Shown piece by piece: positions 14,136 through 28,380 of a DNA stretch of 64,000 nt. Both the position numbers and the translations under genes were made by a program. Below the pieces are notes generated by a model, which searched no databases, was not told the origin of the DNA, and was given only the letters and a program-made list of their open reading frames with translations. Source of the stretch: the human T2T-CHM13v2.0 reference genome, Homo sapiens; the NCBI RefSeq assembly GCF_009914755.1, contig NC_060948.1. One strand, 5' to 3'. Within the stretch, counting starts at the first letter, position 1. Every line of letters begins with the position of its first letter.

Positions 14136-17100
14136 AGTGAATAGAATCGAACTAAATCGAATGGAATGGAATTGATAGGAACGGAATGGAAAGGAATGCA
14201 ATGATTTGGCATGGAATGGAATCGAATGGCATCGAATGGAATGGAATGGAATGCAATGGAATGGAATGTATTAGAATGTAATGAACTTTAATGGAATGTA
14301 CTCGAATGGATTCGACTGGAATGGAATGTTCTGGAAGTGAATGGACTCCAATGGAATGGATTCAAAAGGAATGGAATCGTACGGAATGGAATCTAATGGA
14401 ATGGAATTAAATGGAAATGAATCAAATTGAATAGCACGGAATTGAATTGAATGGAATGGAATGCAATGGAATCTAAAGAATCGGAAAGGAAAGGAATGGA
14501 ATGGAATGGAATGGGCTGGAATGGAAAGGAATCGAAACGAATGGAATGGAATCGAACTGAAGAGTCCGGAATGGAATGCACTGGAATGGAAGGGAGTGTA
14601 ATGGAAGGTTCTCGAAAAAAATGGAATGGAATGGAATGGAATTGAATGGAACGGAATAGAGTCGAATGGAATTGAATGGAATGGAATGGACTAGAGTGAA
14701 ATGGAATCGAACCACAAGGAATGGACAGGAATAGAATGGTCTCGAATTGAATGGAATCGTATGGAATGGCATCAAACGGAATGGAATGGAAAGCCACGGA
14801 ATGGAATGCACTCGAATGCAATGGAGTCGAAACTAATGGACTGGAATAGAATGGACTCGACTGGTACGGACTCCAATGGAATGGAATCGAATGGAAGGGA
14901 ATCGAACGGAATGGACTCGAAGGGAAAAGACTGCAATGGAAAGGTCTCGAATGGAATGGAAATTAATGGAATGGAATGGAATCGAATGAAATGGAGTCAA
15001 AAGGAATGGAATCGAATGGCAAGAAATCGAATGTAATGGAATCGCAAGGAATTGATGTGAACGGAACGGAATGGAATGGAATCCAAAGGAATGGAATAGA
15101 ATGGAATGGAATCGAATGGAAAGGACTCGAATGGAAATCACTCGAATAGAATGCAATTTAATAAAATAGGATCAAATGTAATGGAATGGAATGGAAAGGA
15201 ATCGAAACGAAAGGAATGGAGACAGATGGAATGGAATGGAACAGAGAGCAATGGTATAGAATGGAATGGAATCATCTGGAATGGAATTGAATGGAATGGA
15301 ATAATATGAAATGGAATGGAATGGAATGGAATGGAATGCCCTTGAATTAAATGGACTGGACTCGAACAGAGTGGAATGGAAAGTGTTGAGATAGAATGGC
15401 ATGGACTCCTTTGGAATGGTCTAGTATGCAATGCAATCGACTGGCAGGGAATCAAAAGGAATGTAATGGAATGGATTGGACTGGAATGCAATGGACTCGA
15501 ATAGATTGGAAACGGAATGCAAAGGAATGGAATGGAATAGTATGGAATGGAATGGAAAGGAATGGAGTGGAATAGACTAGAGTGGAATGGAATGGACTGG
15601 AAAGCAATGGACTGGAATGGAACTTTCTTGAATGGACTGGAATCAAACGGAATGGAATGCAATGCAATCAAATGGCATGGAATAAGATAGAATGAAAGAG
15701 AATCAAATGGAATTGAATGGAATGGAATCGAATGGATTGGAAAGGAATAGAATGGAATGGAATGGAATTGACTCAAATGGAATGGACTAGAATGGAATGG
15801 ATTCGAATGGAAGGCAAAGGAATGGAATCTATTGGAATGGACTGTAATGGAATGGAATGGAAGGGATTGGAATGGACTCGAATGGAATGGACTGCAATAG
15901 AAAGGATTCGAATGGAATGAAAAAGAATTGAATGGAATAGAACAGAATGGAATCAAATCGAATGAAATGGAATGGAATAGAAAGGAATGGAATGAAATGG
16001 AATGGAAAGGATTCGAATGGAATGCAATCGAATGGAATGGAATCGAACGGAATGGAATAAAATGGAAGAAAACTGGCAAGAAATGGAATCGAAATGAATG
16101 GAGTGTTATGGAACGGACTCAAAAGGAATTGAATGTAATAGAATGGAGTGGAGTGGACTCGAATATAATGGACTGGAATGGAATGAAATCACATGGAATG
16201 GGAACGAATGGAATGGAATGGAAAGGAATGGAATCGAATGGAAAGGAATCGAACGGAAGGGAATGAAATTGAATCAACAGGAATGGAAGGGAATAGAATA
16301 GACGGTAATGGAATGGACTCGAATAGAATGGACACGAATGCTCAAATTGAATGGACTCGAATGGAATGGAAACGAAAGGAATGTCATCGAATGGAATTGA
16401 ATCGATTGGAATGAAATCGCATAGAATGGAGTGGAATCAAATGGAATTGAATCGAAAGGAAAGGAAGCGAATGGACTGAAATGAAATGGAATGGAATTGA
16501 ATGGAAAGTAATGCAATGGAATAGAATGGAACGAAATTTCACGGAATGGAATCAAACTGAATGGAATCAAATCAATGGAATCTAATCAAATGGAATGGAA
16601 AGGAATTGAATGGAGTAGATTGGATTGGATGGGATTGGAATGAAATGTACTGGAAAGGACTCGAATTTCATGAAACGGAATGGAATGAATTGGAACGGAA
16701 TGGACTCGAATGGAATGGAATGTCATGGAATGGCATCAAATGGAATGGCATCAAATGGAATGGAATCGAATGCAATGGAATGCTATGGAATGGAATGGAA
16801 TGCAATGTAATGAAATGTCCTCTAATGGAATGGATTCGAGTGGAATGGAATCGAATATAATGTAGTCGAATGAAATGGAATTGAAAGGAATGGGATCGAA
16901 TACAATGGAATATACTGGAATGTAATGTAATGAACTCGAATGTAATTGACTGGAATGGAATGTACATGAATGGAATGTAATCGAATGGAAAGTAATCCAA
17001 TGGAATAGAATCTAATGCAATAAAATCGACTCAGATAGAGTAGAATGTAATGGAATGGAGTGCAGTGCAATGGAATGGAATGGAATGGAATGCCATGTAA

Positions 17101-17699
17101 TGGAATGGAATGGAATGGAATGGAATGGAATGGAATGGGATGGAATGGGATGGAATGGTATGGAATGGATAGTAATGGACTGGAGTGAAATGGACTGGAA
17201 AGGAATGGACTCAAATTGAAAGGGTTCGAAAGGAATGGAGTCAAATGGAATGGTCTGGAATGGAATGAACACGAATGTAATGCAATCCAATAGAATGGAA
17301 TCGAATGGCATGGAATATAAAGAAATGGAATCGAAGAGAATGGAAACAAATGGAATGGAATTGAATGGAATGGAATTGAATGGAATGGGAACGAATGGAG
17401 TGAAATTGTATGCAGTAGAAGGGAATAGAATGGAATGCAAGCGAAAGGAAAGGAATGGATTGGAATGGAATGGAATTCATTGGAATGGAAGGGAATGTAG
17501 TGTAATGGACAGGCCTGGAATAAAGTGGAATGCTACGGTCTCGAATGGAATAAAAATGTATGGAATGGAATGCAATGAAACGGAATCGAATGTCATAGAA
17601 TGTAATGGAATGCAAAAAAATGGACTCCAAAATCATTGACTGGAAAGGCTGGGTGTCGAAAGGAATTGACTCCAATGGAATGGAATCGAATGGAATGGA
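14136..17699 (+). repeat. DYZ1 unit U5 (3564 bp)
   Basis: HaeIII at 17512; 10-bp deletion at about 15360. Confidence 0.93.
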
Positions 17700-20600
17700 A
17701 GTGAATAGAATCGAACTAAATCGAATGGAATGGAATTGATAGGAACGGAATGGAAAGGAATGCAATGATTTGGCATGGAATGGAATCGAATGGCATCGAA
17801 TGGAATGGAATGGAATGCAATGGAATGGAATGTATTAGAATGTAATGAACTTTAATGGAATGTACTCGAATGGATTCGACTGGAATGGAATGTTCTGGAA
17901 GTGAATGGACTCCAATGGAATGGATTCAAAAGGAATGGAATCGTACGGAATGGAATCTAATGGAATGGAATTAAATGGAAATGAATCAAATTGAATAGCA
18001 CGGAATTGAATTGAATGGAATGGAATGCAATGGAATCTAATGAAACGGAAAGGAAAGGAATGGAATGGAATGGAATGGGCTGGAATGGAAAGGAATCGAA
18101 ACGAATGGAATGGAATCGAACTGAAGAGACTGGAACGGAATGCACTGGAATGGAAGGGAGTGTAATGGAAGGTTCTCGAAAAAAATGGAATGGAATGGAA
18201 TGGAATTGAATGGAACGGAATAGAGTCGAATGGAATTGAATGGAATGGAATGGACTAGAGTGAAATGGAATCGAACCACAAGGAATGGACAGGAATAGAA
18301 TGGTCTCGAATTGAATGGAATCGTATGGAATGGCATCAAACGGAATGGAATGGACAGCCACGGAATGGAATGCACTCGAATGCAATGGAGTCGAAACTAA
18401 TGGACTGGAATAGAATGGACTCGACTGCTACGGACTCCAATGGAATGGAATCGAATGGAAGGGAATCGATCGGAATGGACTCGAAGGGAAAAGACTGCAA
18501 TGGGAAGGTCTCGAATGGAATGGAAATTAATGGAATGGAATGGAATCGAATGAAATGGAGTCAAAAGGAATGGAATCGAATGGCAAGAAATCAAATGTAA
18601 TGGAATCGCCAGGAATTGATGTGAACGGAACGGAATGGAATGGTATCCAAAGGAATGGAATAGAATGGAATGGAATCGAATGGAAAGGACTCGAATGGAA
18701 ATCACTCGAATAGAATGCAATTTAATAAAATAGGATCAAATGTAATGGAATGGAATGGAAAGGAATCGAAACGAAAGGAATGGAGACAGATGGAATGGAA
18801 TGGAACAGAGAGCAATGGTATAGAATGGAATGGAATCATCTGGAATGGAATTGAATGGAATGGAATAATATGAAATGGAATGGAATGGAATGGAATGGAA
18901 TGCCCTTGAATTAAATGGACTGGAATGGAATGGACTCGAACAGAGCGGAATGGAAAGTGTTGAGATAGAATGGAATGGACTCCTTTGGAATGGTGTAGTA
19001 TGCAATGCAATCGACTGGCAGGGAATCAAAAGGAATGTAATCGAATGGATTGGACTGGAATGCAATGGACTCGAATAGATTGGAAACGGAATGCAAAGGA
19101 ATGGAATGGAATAGTATGGAATGGAATGGAAAGGAATGGAGTGGAATAGACTAGAGTGGAATGGAATGGACTGGAAAGCAATGGACTGGAATGGAACTTT
19201 CTTGAATGGACTGGAATCAAACGGAATGGAATGCAATGCAATCAAATGGCATGGAATAAAATAGAATGAAAGAGAATCAAACGGAATTGAATCGAATGGA
19301 ATCGAATGGATTGGAAAGGAATAGAATGGAATGGAATGGAATTGACTCAAATGGAATGGACTAGAATGGAATGGATTCGAATGGAAGGCAAAGGAATGGA
19401 ATCTATTGGAATGGACTGTAATGGAATGGAATGGAAGGGATTGGAATGGACTCGAATGGAATGGACTGCAATAGAAAGGATTCGAATGGAATGAAAAAGA
19501 ATTGAATGGAATAGAACAGAATGGAATCAAATCGAATGAAATGGAATGGAATAGAAAGGAATGGAATGAAATGGAATGGAAAGGATTCGAATGGAATGCA
19601 ATCGAATGGAATGGAATCGAACGGAATGGAATAAAATGGAAGAAAACTGGCAAGAAATGGAATCAAATGAATGGAGTGTTATGGAACGGACTCAAAAGGA
19701 ATTGAATGTAATAGAATGGAGTGGAGTGGACTCGAATATAATGGACTGGAATGGAATGAAATCACATGGAATGGGAACGAATGGAATGGAATGGAAAGGA
19801 ATGGAATCGAATGGAAAGGAATCGAATGGAAGGGAATGAAATTGAATCAACAGGAATGGAAGGGAATAGAATAGACGGTAATGGAATGGACTCGAATAGA
19901 ATGGACACGAATGCTCAAATTGAATGGACTCGAATGGAATGGAAACGAAAGGAATGTCATCGAATGGAATTGAATCGATTGGAATGAAATCGCATAGAAT
20001 GGAGTGGAATCAAATGGAATTGAATCGAAAGGAAAGGAAGCGAATGGACTGAAATGAAATGGAATGGAATTGAATGGAAAGTAATGCAATGGAGTAGAAT
20101 GGAACGAAACTTCACGGAATGGAATCAAACTGAATGGAATCAAATCAATGGAATCAAATCAAATGGAATGGAAAGGAATTGAATGGAGTAGATTGGATTG
20201 GATGGGATTGGAATGAAATGTACTGGAAAGGACTCGAATTTCATGAAACGGAATGGAATGAATTGGAACGGAATGGACTCGAATGGAATGGAATGTCATG
20301 GAATGGCATCAAATGGAATGGCATCAAATGGAATGGAATCGAATGCAATGGAATGCTATGGAATGGAATGGAATGCATTGGAATGGAATGTCCTCTAATG
20401 GAATGGATTCGAGTGGAATGGAATCGAATATAATGGAGTCGAATGAAATGGAATTGAAAGGAATGGGATCGAATACAATGGAATATACTGGAATATAATG
20501 TAATGAACTGGAATGTAATTGACTGGAATGGAATGTACATGAATGGAATGTAATCGAATGGAAAGTAATCCAATGGAATAGAATCTAATGCAATAAAATC

Positions 20601-21247
20601 GATTCAGATAGAGTAGAATGTAATGGAATGGAGTGCAGTGCAATGGAATGGAATGGAATGGAATGCAATGGAATGGAATGGAATGGAATGGGATGGGATG
20701 GAATGGTATGGAATGGATAGTAATGGACTGGAGTGAAATGGACTGGAAAGGAATGGACTCAAATTGAAAGGGCTCGAAAGGAATGGAGACAAATGGAATG
20801 GTCTGGAATGGAATGAACACGAATGTAATGCAATCCAATAGAATGGAGTCGAATGGCATGGAATATAAAGAAATGGAATCGAAGAGAATGGAAACAAATG
20901 GAATGGAATTGAATGGAATGGAATTGAATGGAATGGGAACGAATGGAGTGAAATTGTATGCAGTAGAATAGAATAGAATGGAATGCAAGCGAAAGGAAAG
21001 GAATGGATTGGAATGGAATGGAATTCATTCGAATGGAAGGGAATGTAGTGTAATGGACAGGCCTGGAATAAAGTGGAATGCTACGGTCTCGAACGGAATA
21101 AAAATGTATGGAATGGAATGCAATGAAACGGAATCGAATGTCATAGAATGTAATGGAATGCAAAAAAATGGAATCCAAAATCATTGACTGGAAAGGCTGG
21201 GTGTCGAAAGGAATTGACTCCAATGGAATGGAATCGAATGGAATGGA
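17700..21247 (+). repeat. DYZ1 unit U6 (3548 bp)
   Basis: HaeIII at 21060; 1-bp deletion at about 19665. Confidence 0.93.
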
Positions 21248-24200
21248 AGTGAATAGAATCGAACTAAATCGAATGGAATGGAATTGATAGGAATGGAATG
21301 GAAAGGAATGCAATGATTTGGCATGGAATGGAATCGAATGGCATCGAATGGAATGGAATGGAATGCAATGGAATGGAATGTATTAGAATGTAATGAACTT
21401 TAATGGAACGTACTCGAATGGATTCGACTGGAATGGAATGTTCTGGAAGTGAATGGACTCCAATGGAATGGATTCAAAAGGAATGGAATCGTACGGAATG
21501 GAATCTAATGGAATGGAATTAAATGGAAATGAATCAAATTGAATAGCACGGAATTGAATTGAATGGAATGGAATGCAATGGAATCTAATGAAACGGAAAG
21601 GAAAGGAATGGAATGGAATGGAATGGGCTGGAATGGAAAGGAATCGAAACGAATGGAATGGAATCGAAGTGAAGAGACTGGAATGGAATGCACTGGAATG
21701 GAAGGGAGTGTAATGGAAGGTTCTCGAAAAAAATGGAATCGAATGGAATGGAATTGAATGGAACGGAATAGAGTCGAATGGAATTGAATGGAATGGAATG
21801 GACTAGAGTGAAATGGAATCGAACCACAAGGAATGGACAGGAATAGAATGGTCTCGAATTGAATGGAATCGTATGGAATGGCATCAAACGGAATGGAATG
21901 GACAGCCACGGAATGGAATGCACTCGAATGCAATGGAGTCGAAACTAATGGACTGGAATAGAATGGACTCGACTGCTACGGACTCCAATGGAATGGAATC
22001 GAATGGAAGGGAATCGAACGGAATGGACTCGAAGGGAAAAGACTGCAATGGAAAGGTCTCGAATGGAATGGAAATTAATGGAATGGAATGGAATCGAATG
22101 AAATGGAGTCAAAAGGAATGGAATCGAATGGCAAGAAGTCGAATGTAATGGAATCGCAAGGAATTGATGTGAACGGAACGGAATGGAATGGAATCCAAAG
22201 GAATGGAATAGAATGGAATGGAATCGAATGGAAAGGACTCGAATGGAAATCACTCGAATAGAATGCAATTTAATAAAATAGGATCAAATGTAATGGAATG
22301 GAATGGAAAGGAATCGAAACGAAAGGAATGGAGACAGATGGAATGGAATGGAACAGAGAGCAATGGTATAGAATGGAATGGAATCATCTGGAATGGAATT
22401 GAATGGAATGGAATAATATGAAATGGAATGGAATGGAATGGAATGGAATGCCCTTGAATTAAATGGACTGGAATGGAATGGACTCGAACAGAGTGGAATG
22501 GAAAGTGTTGAGATAGAATGGAATGGACTCCTTTGGAATGGTCTAGTATGCAATGCAATCGACTGGCAGGGAATCAAAAGGAATGTAATCGAATGGATTG
22601 GACTGGAATGCAATGGACACGAATAGATTGGAAACGGAATGCAAAGGAATGGAATGGAATAGTATGGAATGGAATGGAAAGGAATGGAGTGGAATAGACT
22701 AGAGTGGAATGGAATGGACTGGAAAGCAATGGACTGGAATGGAACTTTCTTGAATGGACTGGAATCAAACGGAATGGAATGCAATGCAATCAAATGGCAT
22801 GGAATAAAATAGAATGAAAGAGAATCAAATGGAATTGAATCGAATGGAATAGAATGGATTGGAAAGGAATAGAATGGAATGGAATGGAATTGACTCAAAT
22901 GGAATGGACTAGAATGGAATGGATTCGAATGGAAGGCAAAGGAATGGAATCTATTGGAATGGACTGTAATGGAATGGAATGGAAGGGATTGGAATGGACT
23001 CAAATGGATTGGACTGCAATAGAAAGGATTCGAATGGAATGAAAAAGAATTGAATGGAATAGAACAGAATGGAATCAAATCGAATGAAATGGAATGGAAT
23101 AGAAAGGAATGGAATGAAATGGAATGGAAAGGATTCGAATGGAATGCAATCGAATGGAATGGAATCGAACGGAATGGAATAAAATGGAAGAAAACTGGCA
23201 AGAAATGGAATCGAAATGAATGGAGTGTTATGGAACGGACTCAAAAGGAATTGAATGTAATAGAATGGAGTGGAGTGGACTCGAATATAATGGACTGGAA
23301 TGGAATGAAATCACATGGAATGGGAACGAATGGAATGGAATGGAAAGGAATGGAATCGAATGGAAAGGAATCGAATGGAAGGGAATGAAATTGAATCAAC
23401 AGGAATGGAAGGGAATAGAATAGACGGTAATGGAATGGACTCGAATAGAATGGACACGAATGCTCAAATTGAATGGACTCGAATGGAATGGAAACGAAAG
23501 GAATGTCATCGAATGGAATTGAATCGATTGGAATGAAATCGCATAGAATGGAGTGGAATCAAATGGAATTGAATCGAAAGGAAAGGAAGCGAATGGACTG
23601 AAATGAAATGGAATGGAATTGAATGGAAAGTAATGCAATGGAATAGAATGGAACGAAATTTCACAGAATGGAATCAAACTGAATGGAATCAAATCAATGG
23701 AATCAAATCAAATGGAATGGAAAGGAATTGAATGGAGTAGATTGGATTGGATGGGATTGGAATGAAATGTACTGGAAAGGACTCGAATTTCATGAAACGG
23801 AATGGAATGAATTGGAACGGAATGGACTCGAATGGAATGGAATGTCATGGAATGGCATCAAATGGAATGGCATCAAATGGAATGGAATCGAATGCAATGG
23901 AATGCTATGGAATGGAATGGAATGCATTGGAATGGAATGTCCTCTAATGGAATGGATTCGAGTGGAATGGAATCGAATATAATGGAGTCGAATGAAATGG
24001 AATTGAAAGGAATGGGATCGAATACAATGGAATATACTGGAATGTAATGTAATGAACTCGAATGTAATTGACTGGAATGGAATGTACATGAATGGAATGT
24101 AATCGAATGGAAAGTAATCCAATGGAATAGAATCTAATGCAATAAAATCGACTCAGATAGAGTAGAATGTAATGGAATGGAGTGCAGTGCAATGGAATGG

Positions 24201-24811
24201 AATGGAATGGAATGCAATGGAATGGAATGGAATGGAATGGAATGGAATGGAATGGGATGGGATGGAATGGTATGGAATGGATAGTAATGGACTGGAGTGA
24301 AATGGACTGGAAAGGAATGGACTCAAATTGAAAGGGCTCGAAAGGAATGGAGTCAAATGGAATGGTCTGGAATGGAATGAACACGAATGTAATGCAATCC
24401 AATAGAATGGAATCGAATGGCATGGAATATAAAGAAATGGAATCGAAGAGAATGGAAACAAATGGAATGGAATTGAATGGAATGGAATTGAATGGAATGG
24501 GAACGAATGGAGTGAAATTGTATGCAGTAGAAGGGAATAGAATGGAATGCAAGCGAAAGGAAAGGAATGGATTGGAATGGAATGGAATTCATTGGAATGG
24601 ATGGGAATGTAGTGTAATGGACAGGCCTGGAATAAAGTGGAATGCTACGGTCTCGAATGGAATAAAAATGTATGGAATGGAATGCAATGAAACGGAATCG
24701 AATGTCATAGAATGTAATGGAATGCAAAAAAATGGAATCCAAAATCATTGACTGGAAAGGCTGGGTGTCGAAAGGAATTGACTCCAATGGAATGGAATCA
24801 AATGGAATGGA
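21248..24811 (+). repeat. DYZ1 unit U7 (3564 bp)
   Basis: HaeIII at 24624. Confidence 0.93.
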
Positions 24812-27800
24812 AGTGAATAGAATCGAACTAAATCGAATGGAATGGAATTGATAGGAACGGAATGGAAAGGAATGCAATGATTTGGCATGGAATGGAATCG
24901 AATGGCATCGAATGGAATGGAATGGAATGCAATGGAATGGAATGTATTAGAATGTAATGAACTTTAATGGAATGTACTCGAATGGATTCGACTGGAATGG
25001 AATGTTCTGGAAGTGAATGGACTCCAATGGAATGGATTCAAAAGGAATGGAATCGTACGGAATGGAATCTAATGGAATGGAATTAAATGAAAATGAATCA
25101 AATTGAATAGCACGGAATTGAATTGAATGGAATGGAATGCAATGGAATCTAATGAAACGGAAAGGAAAGGAATGGAATGGAATGGAATGGGCTGGAATGG
25201 AAAGGAATCGAAACGAATGGAATGGAATCGAACTGAAGAGACTGGAATGGAATGCACTGGAATGGAAGGGAGTGTAATGGAAGGTTCTCGAAAAAAATGG
25301 AATCGAATGGAATGGAATTGAATGGAACGGAATAGAGTCGAAGGGAATTGAATGGAATGGAATGGACTAGAGTGAAATGCAATCGAACCACAAGGAATGG
25401 ACAGGAATAGAATGGTCTCGAATTGAATGGAATCGTATGGAATGGCATCAAACGGAAAGGAATGGACAGCCACGGAATGGAATGCACTCGAATGCAATGG
25501 AGTCGAAACTAATCGACTGGAATAGAATGGACTCGACTGGTACGGACTCCAATGGAATGGAATCGAATGGAAGGGAATCGATCGGAATGGACTCGAAGGG
25601 AAAAGACTGCAATGGAAAGGTCTCGAATGGAATGGAAATTAATGGAATGGAATGGAATCGAATGAAATGGAGTCAAAAGGAATGGAATCGAATGGCAAGA
25701 AATCGAATGTAATGGATTCGCAAGGAATTGATGTGAACGGAACGGAATGGAATGGAATCCAAAGGAATGGAATAGAATGGAATGGAATCGAATGGAAAGG
25801 ACTCGAATGGAAATCACTCGAATAGAATGCAATTTAATAAAATAGGATCAAATGTAATGGAATGGAATGGAAAGGAATCGAAACGAAAGGAATGGAGACA
25901 GATGGAATGGAATGGTACAGAGAGCAATGGTATAGAATGGAATGGAATCATCTGGAATGGAATTGAATGGAATGGAATAATATGAAATGGAATGGAATGG
26001 AATGGAATGGAATGCCCTTGAATTAAATGGACTGGAATGGAATGGACTCCAACAGAGTGGAATGGAAAGTGTTGAGATAGAATGGAATGGACTCCTTTGG
26101 AATGGTGTAGTATGCAATGCAATCGACTGGCAGGGAATCAAAAGGAATGTAATCGAATGGATTGGACTGGAATGCAATGGACTCGAATAGATTGGAAACG
26201 GAATGCAAAGGAATGGAATGGAATAGTATGGAATGGAATGGAAAGGAATGGAGTGGAATAGACTACAGTGGAATGGAATGGACTGGAAAGCAATGGACTG
26301 GAATGGAACTTTCTTGAATGGACTGGAATCAAACGGAATGGAATGCAATGCAATCAAATGGCATGGAATAAAATAGAATGAAAGAGAATCAAATGGAATT
26401 GAATCGAATGGAATCGAATGGATTGGAAAGGATTAGAATGGAATGGAATGGAATTGACTCAAATGGAATGGACTAGAATGGAATGGATTCGAATGGAAGG
26501 CAAAGGAATGGAATCTATTGGAATGGACTGTAATGGAATGGAATGGAAGGGATTGGAATGGACTCGAATGGAATGGACTGCAATAGAAAGGATTCGAATG
26601 GAATGAAAAAGAATTGAATGGAATAGAACAGATTGGAATCAAATCGAATGAAATGGAATGGAATAGAAAGGAATGGAATGAAATGGAATGGAAAGGATTC
26701 GAATGGAATGCAATCGAATGGAATGGAATCGAACGGAATGGAATAAAATGGAAGAAAACTGGCAAGAAATGGAATCGAAATGAATGGAGTGTTATGGAAC
26801 GGACTCAAAAGGAATTGAATGTAATAGAATGGAGTGGAGTGGACTCGAATATAATGGACTGGAATGGAATGAAATCACATGGAATGGGAACGAATGCAAT
26901 GGAATGGAAAGGAATGGAATCGAATGGAAAGGAATCGAATAGAAGGGAATGAAATTGAATCAACAGGAATGGAAGGGAATAGAATAGACGGTAATGGAAT
27001 GGACTCGAATAGAATGGACACGAATGCTCAAATTGAATGGACACGAATGGAATGGAAACGAAAGGAATGTCATCGAATGGAATTGAATCGATTGGAATGA
27101 AATCGCATAGAATGGAGTGGAATCAAATGGAATTGAATCGAAAGGAAAGGAAGCGAATGGACTGAAATGAAATGGAATGGAATTGAATGGAAAGTAATGC
27201 AATGGAATAGAATGGAACTAAATTTCACGGAATGGAATCAAGCTGAATGGAATCAAATCAATGGAATCAAATCAAATGGAATGGAAAGGAATTGAATGGA
27301 GTAGATTGGATTGGATGGGATTGGAATGAAATGTACTGGAAAGGACTCGAATTTCATGAAACGGAATGGAATGAATTGGAACGGAATGGACTCGAATGGA
27401 ATGGAATGTCATGGAATGGCATTAAATGGAATGGCATCAAATGGAATGGAATCGAATGCAATGGAATGCTATGGAATGGAATGGAATGCATTGGAATGGA
27501 ATGTCCTCTAATGGAATGGATTCAAGTGGAATGGAATCGAATATAATGGAGTCGAATGAAATGGAATTGAAAGGAATGGGATCTAATAGAATGGAATATA
27601 CTGGAATGTAATGTAATGAACTCGAATGTAATTGACTGGAATGGAATGTACATGAATGGAATGTAATCGAATGGAAAGTAATCCAATGGAATAGAATCTA
27701 ATGCAATAAAATCGACTCAGATAGAGTAGAATGTAATGGAATGGAGTGCAGTGCAATGGAATGGAATGGAATGGAATGCAATGGAATGGAATGGAATGGA

Positions 27801-28380
27801 ATGGAATGGAATGGAATGGAATGGGATGGGATGGAATGGTATGGAATGGATAGTAATGAACTGGAGTGAAATGGACTGGAAAGGAATGGAGTCAAATTGA
27901 AAGGGCTCGAAAGGAATGGAGTCAAATGGAATAGTCTGGAATGGAATGAACACGAATGTAATGCAATCCAATAGAATGGAATCGAATGGCATGGAATATA
28001 AAGAAATGGAATCGAAGAGAATGGAAACAAATGGAATGGAATTGAATGGAATGGAATTGAATGGAATGGGAACGAATTGAGTGAAATTGTATGCAGTAGA
28101 AGGGAATAGAATGGAATGCAAGCGAAAGGAAAGGAATGGATTGGAATGGAATGGAATTCATTGGAATGGAAGGGAATGTAGTGTAATGGACAGGCCTGGA
28201 ATAAAGTGGAATGCTACGGTCTCGAACGGAATAAAAATGTATGGAATGGAATGCAATGAAACGGAATCGAATGTCATAGAATGTAATGGAATGCAAAAAA
28301 ATGGAATCCAAAATCATTGACTGGAAAGGCTGGGTGTCGAAAGGAATTGACTCCAATGGAATGGAATCGAATGGAATGGA
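24812..28380 (+). repeat. DYZ1 unit U8 (3569 bp)
   Basis: HaeIII at 28193. Confidence 0.93.

Noticed and set aside
9686-19665. Singleton 1-bp G deletions as a mutational signature
   Set aside because: There are too few events and singletons could be consensus errors. Only the U12/U18 deletion is corroborated by recurrence with linked variants.
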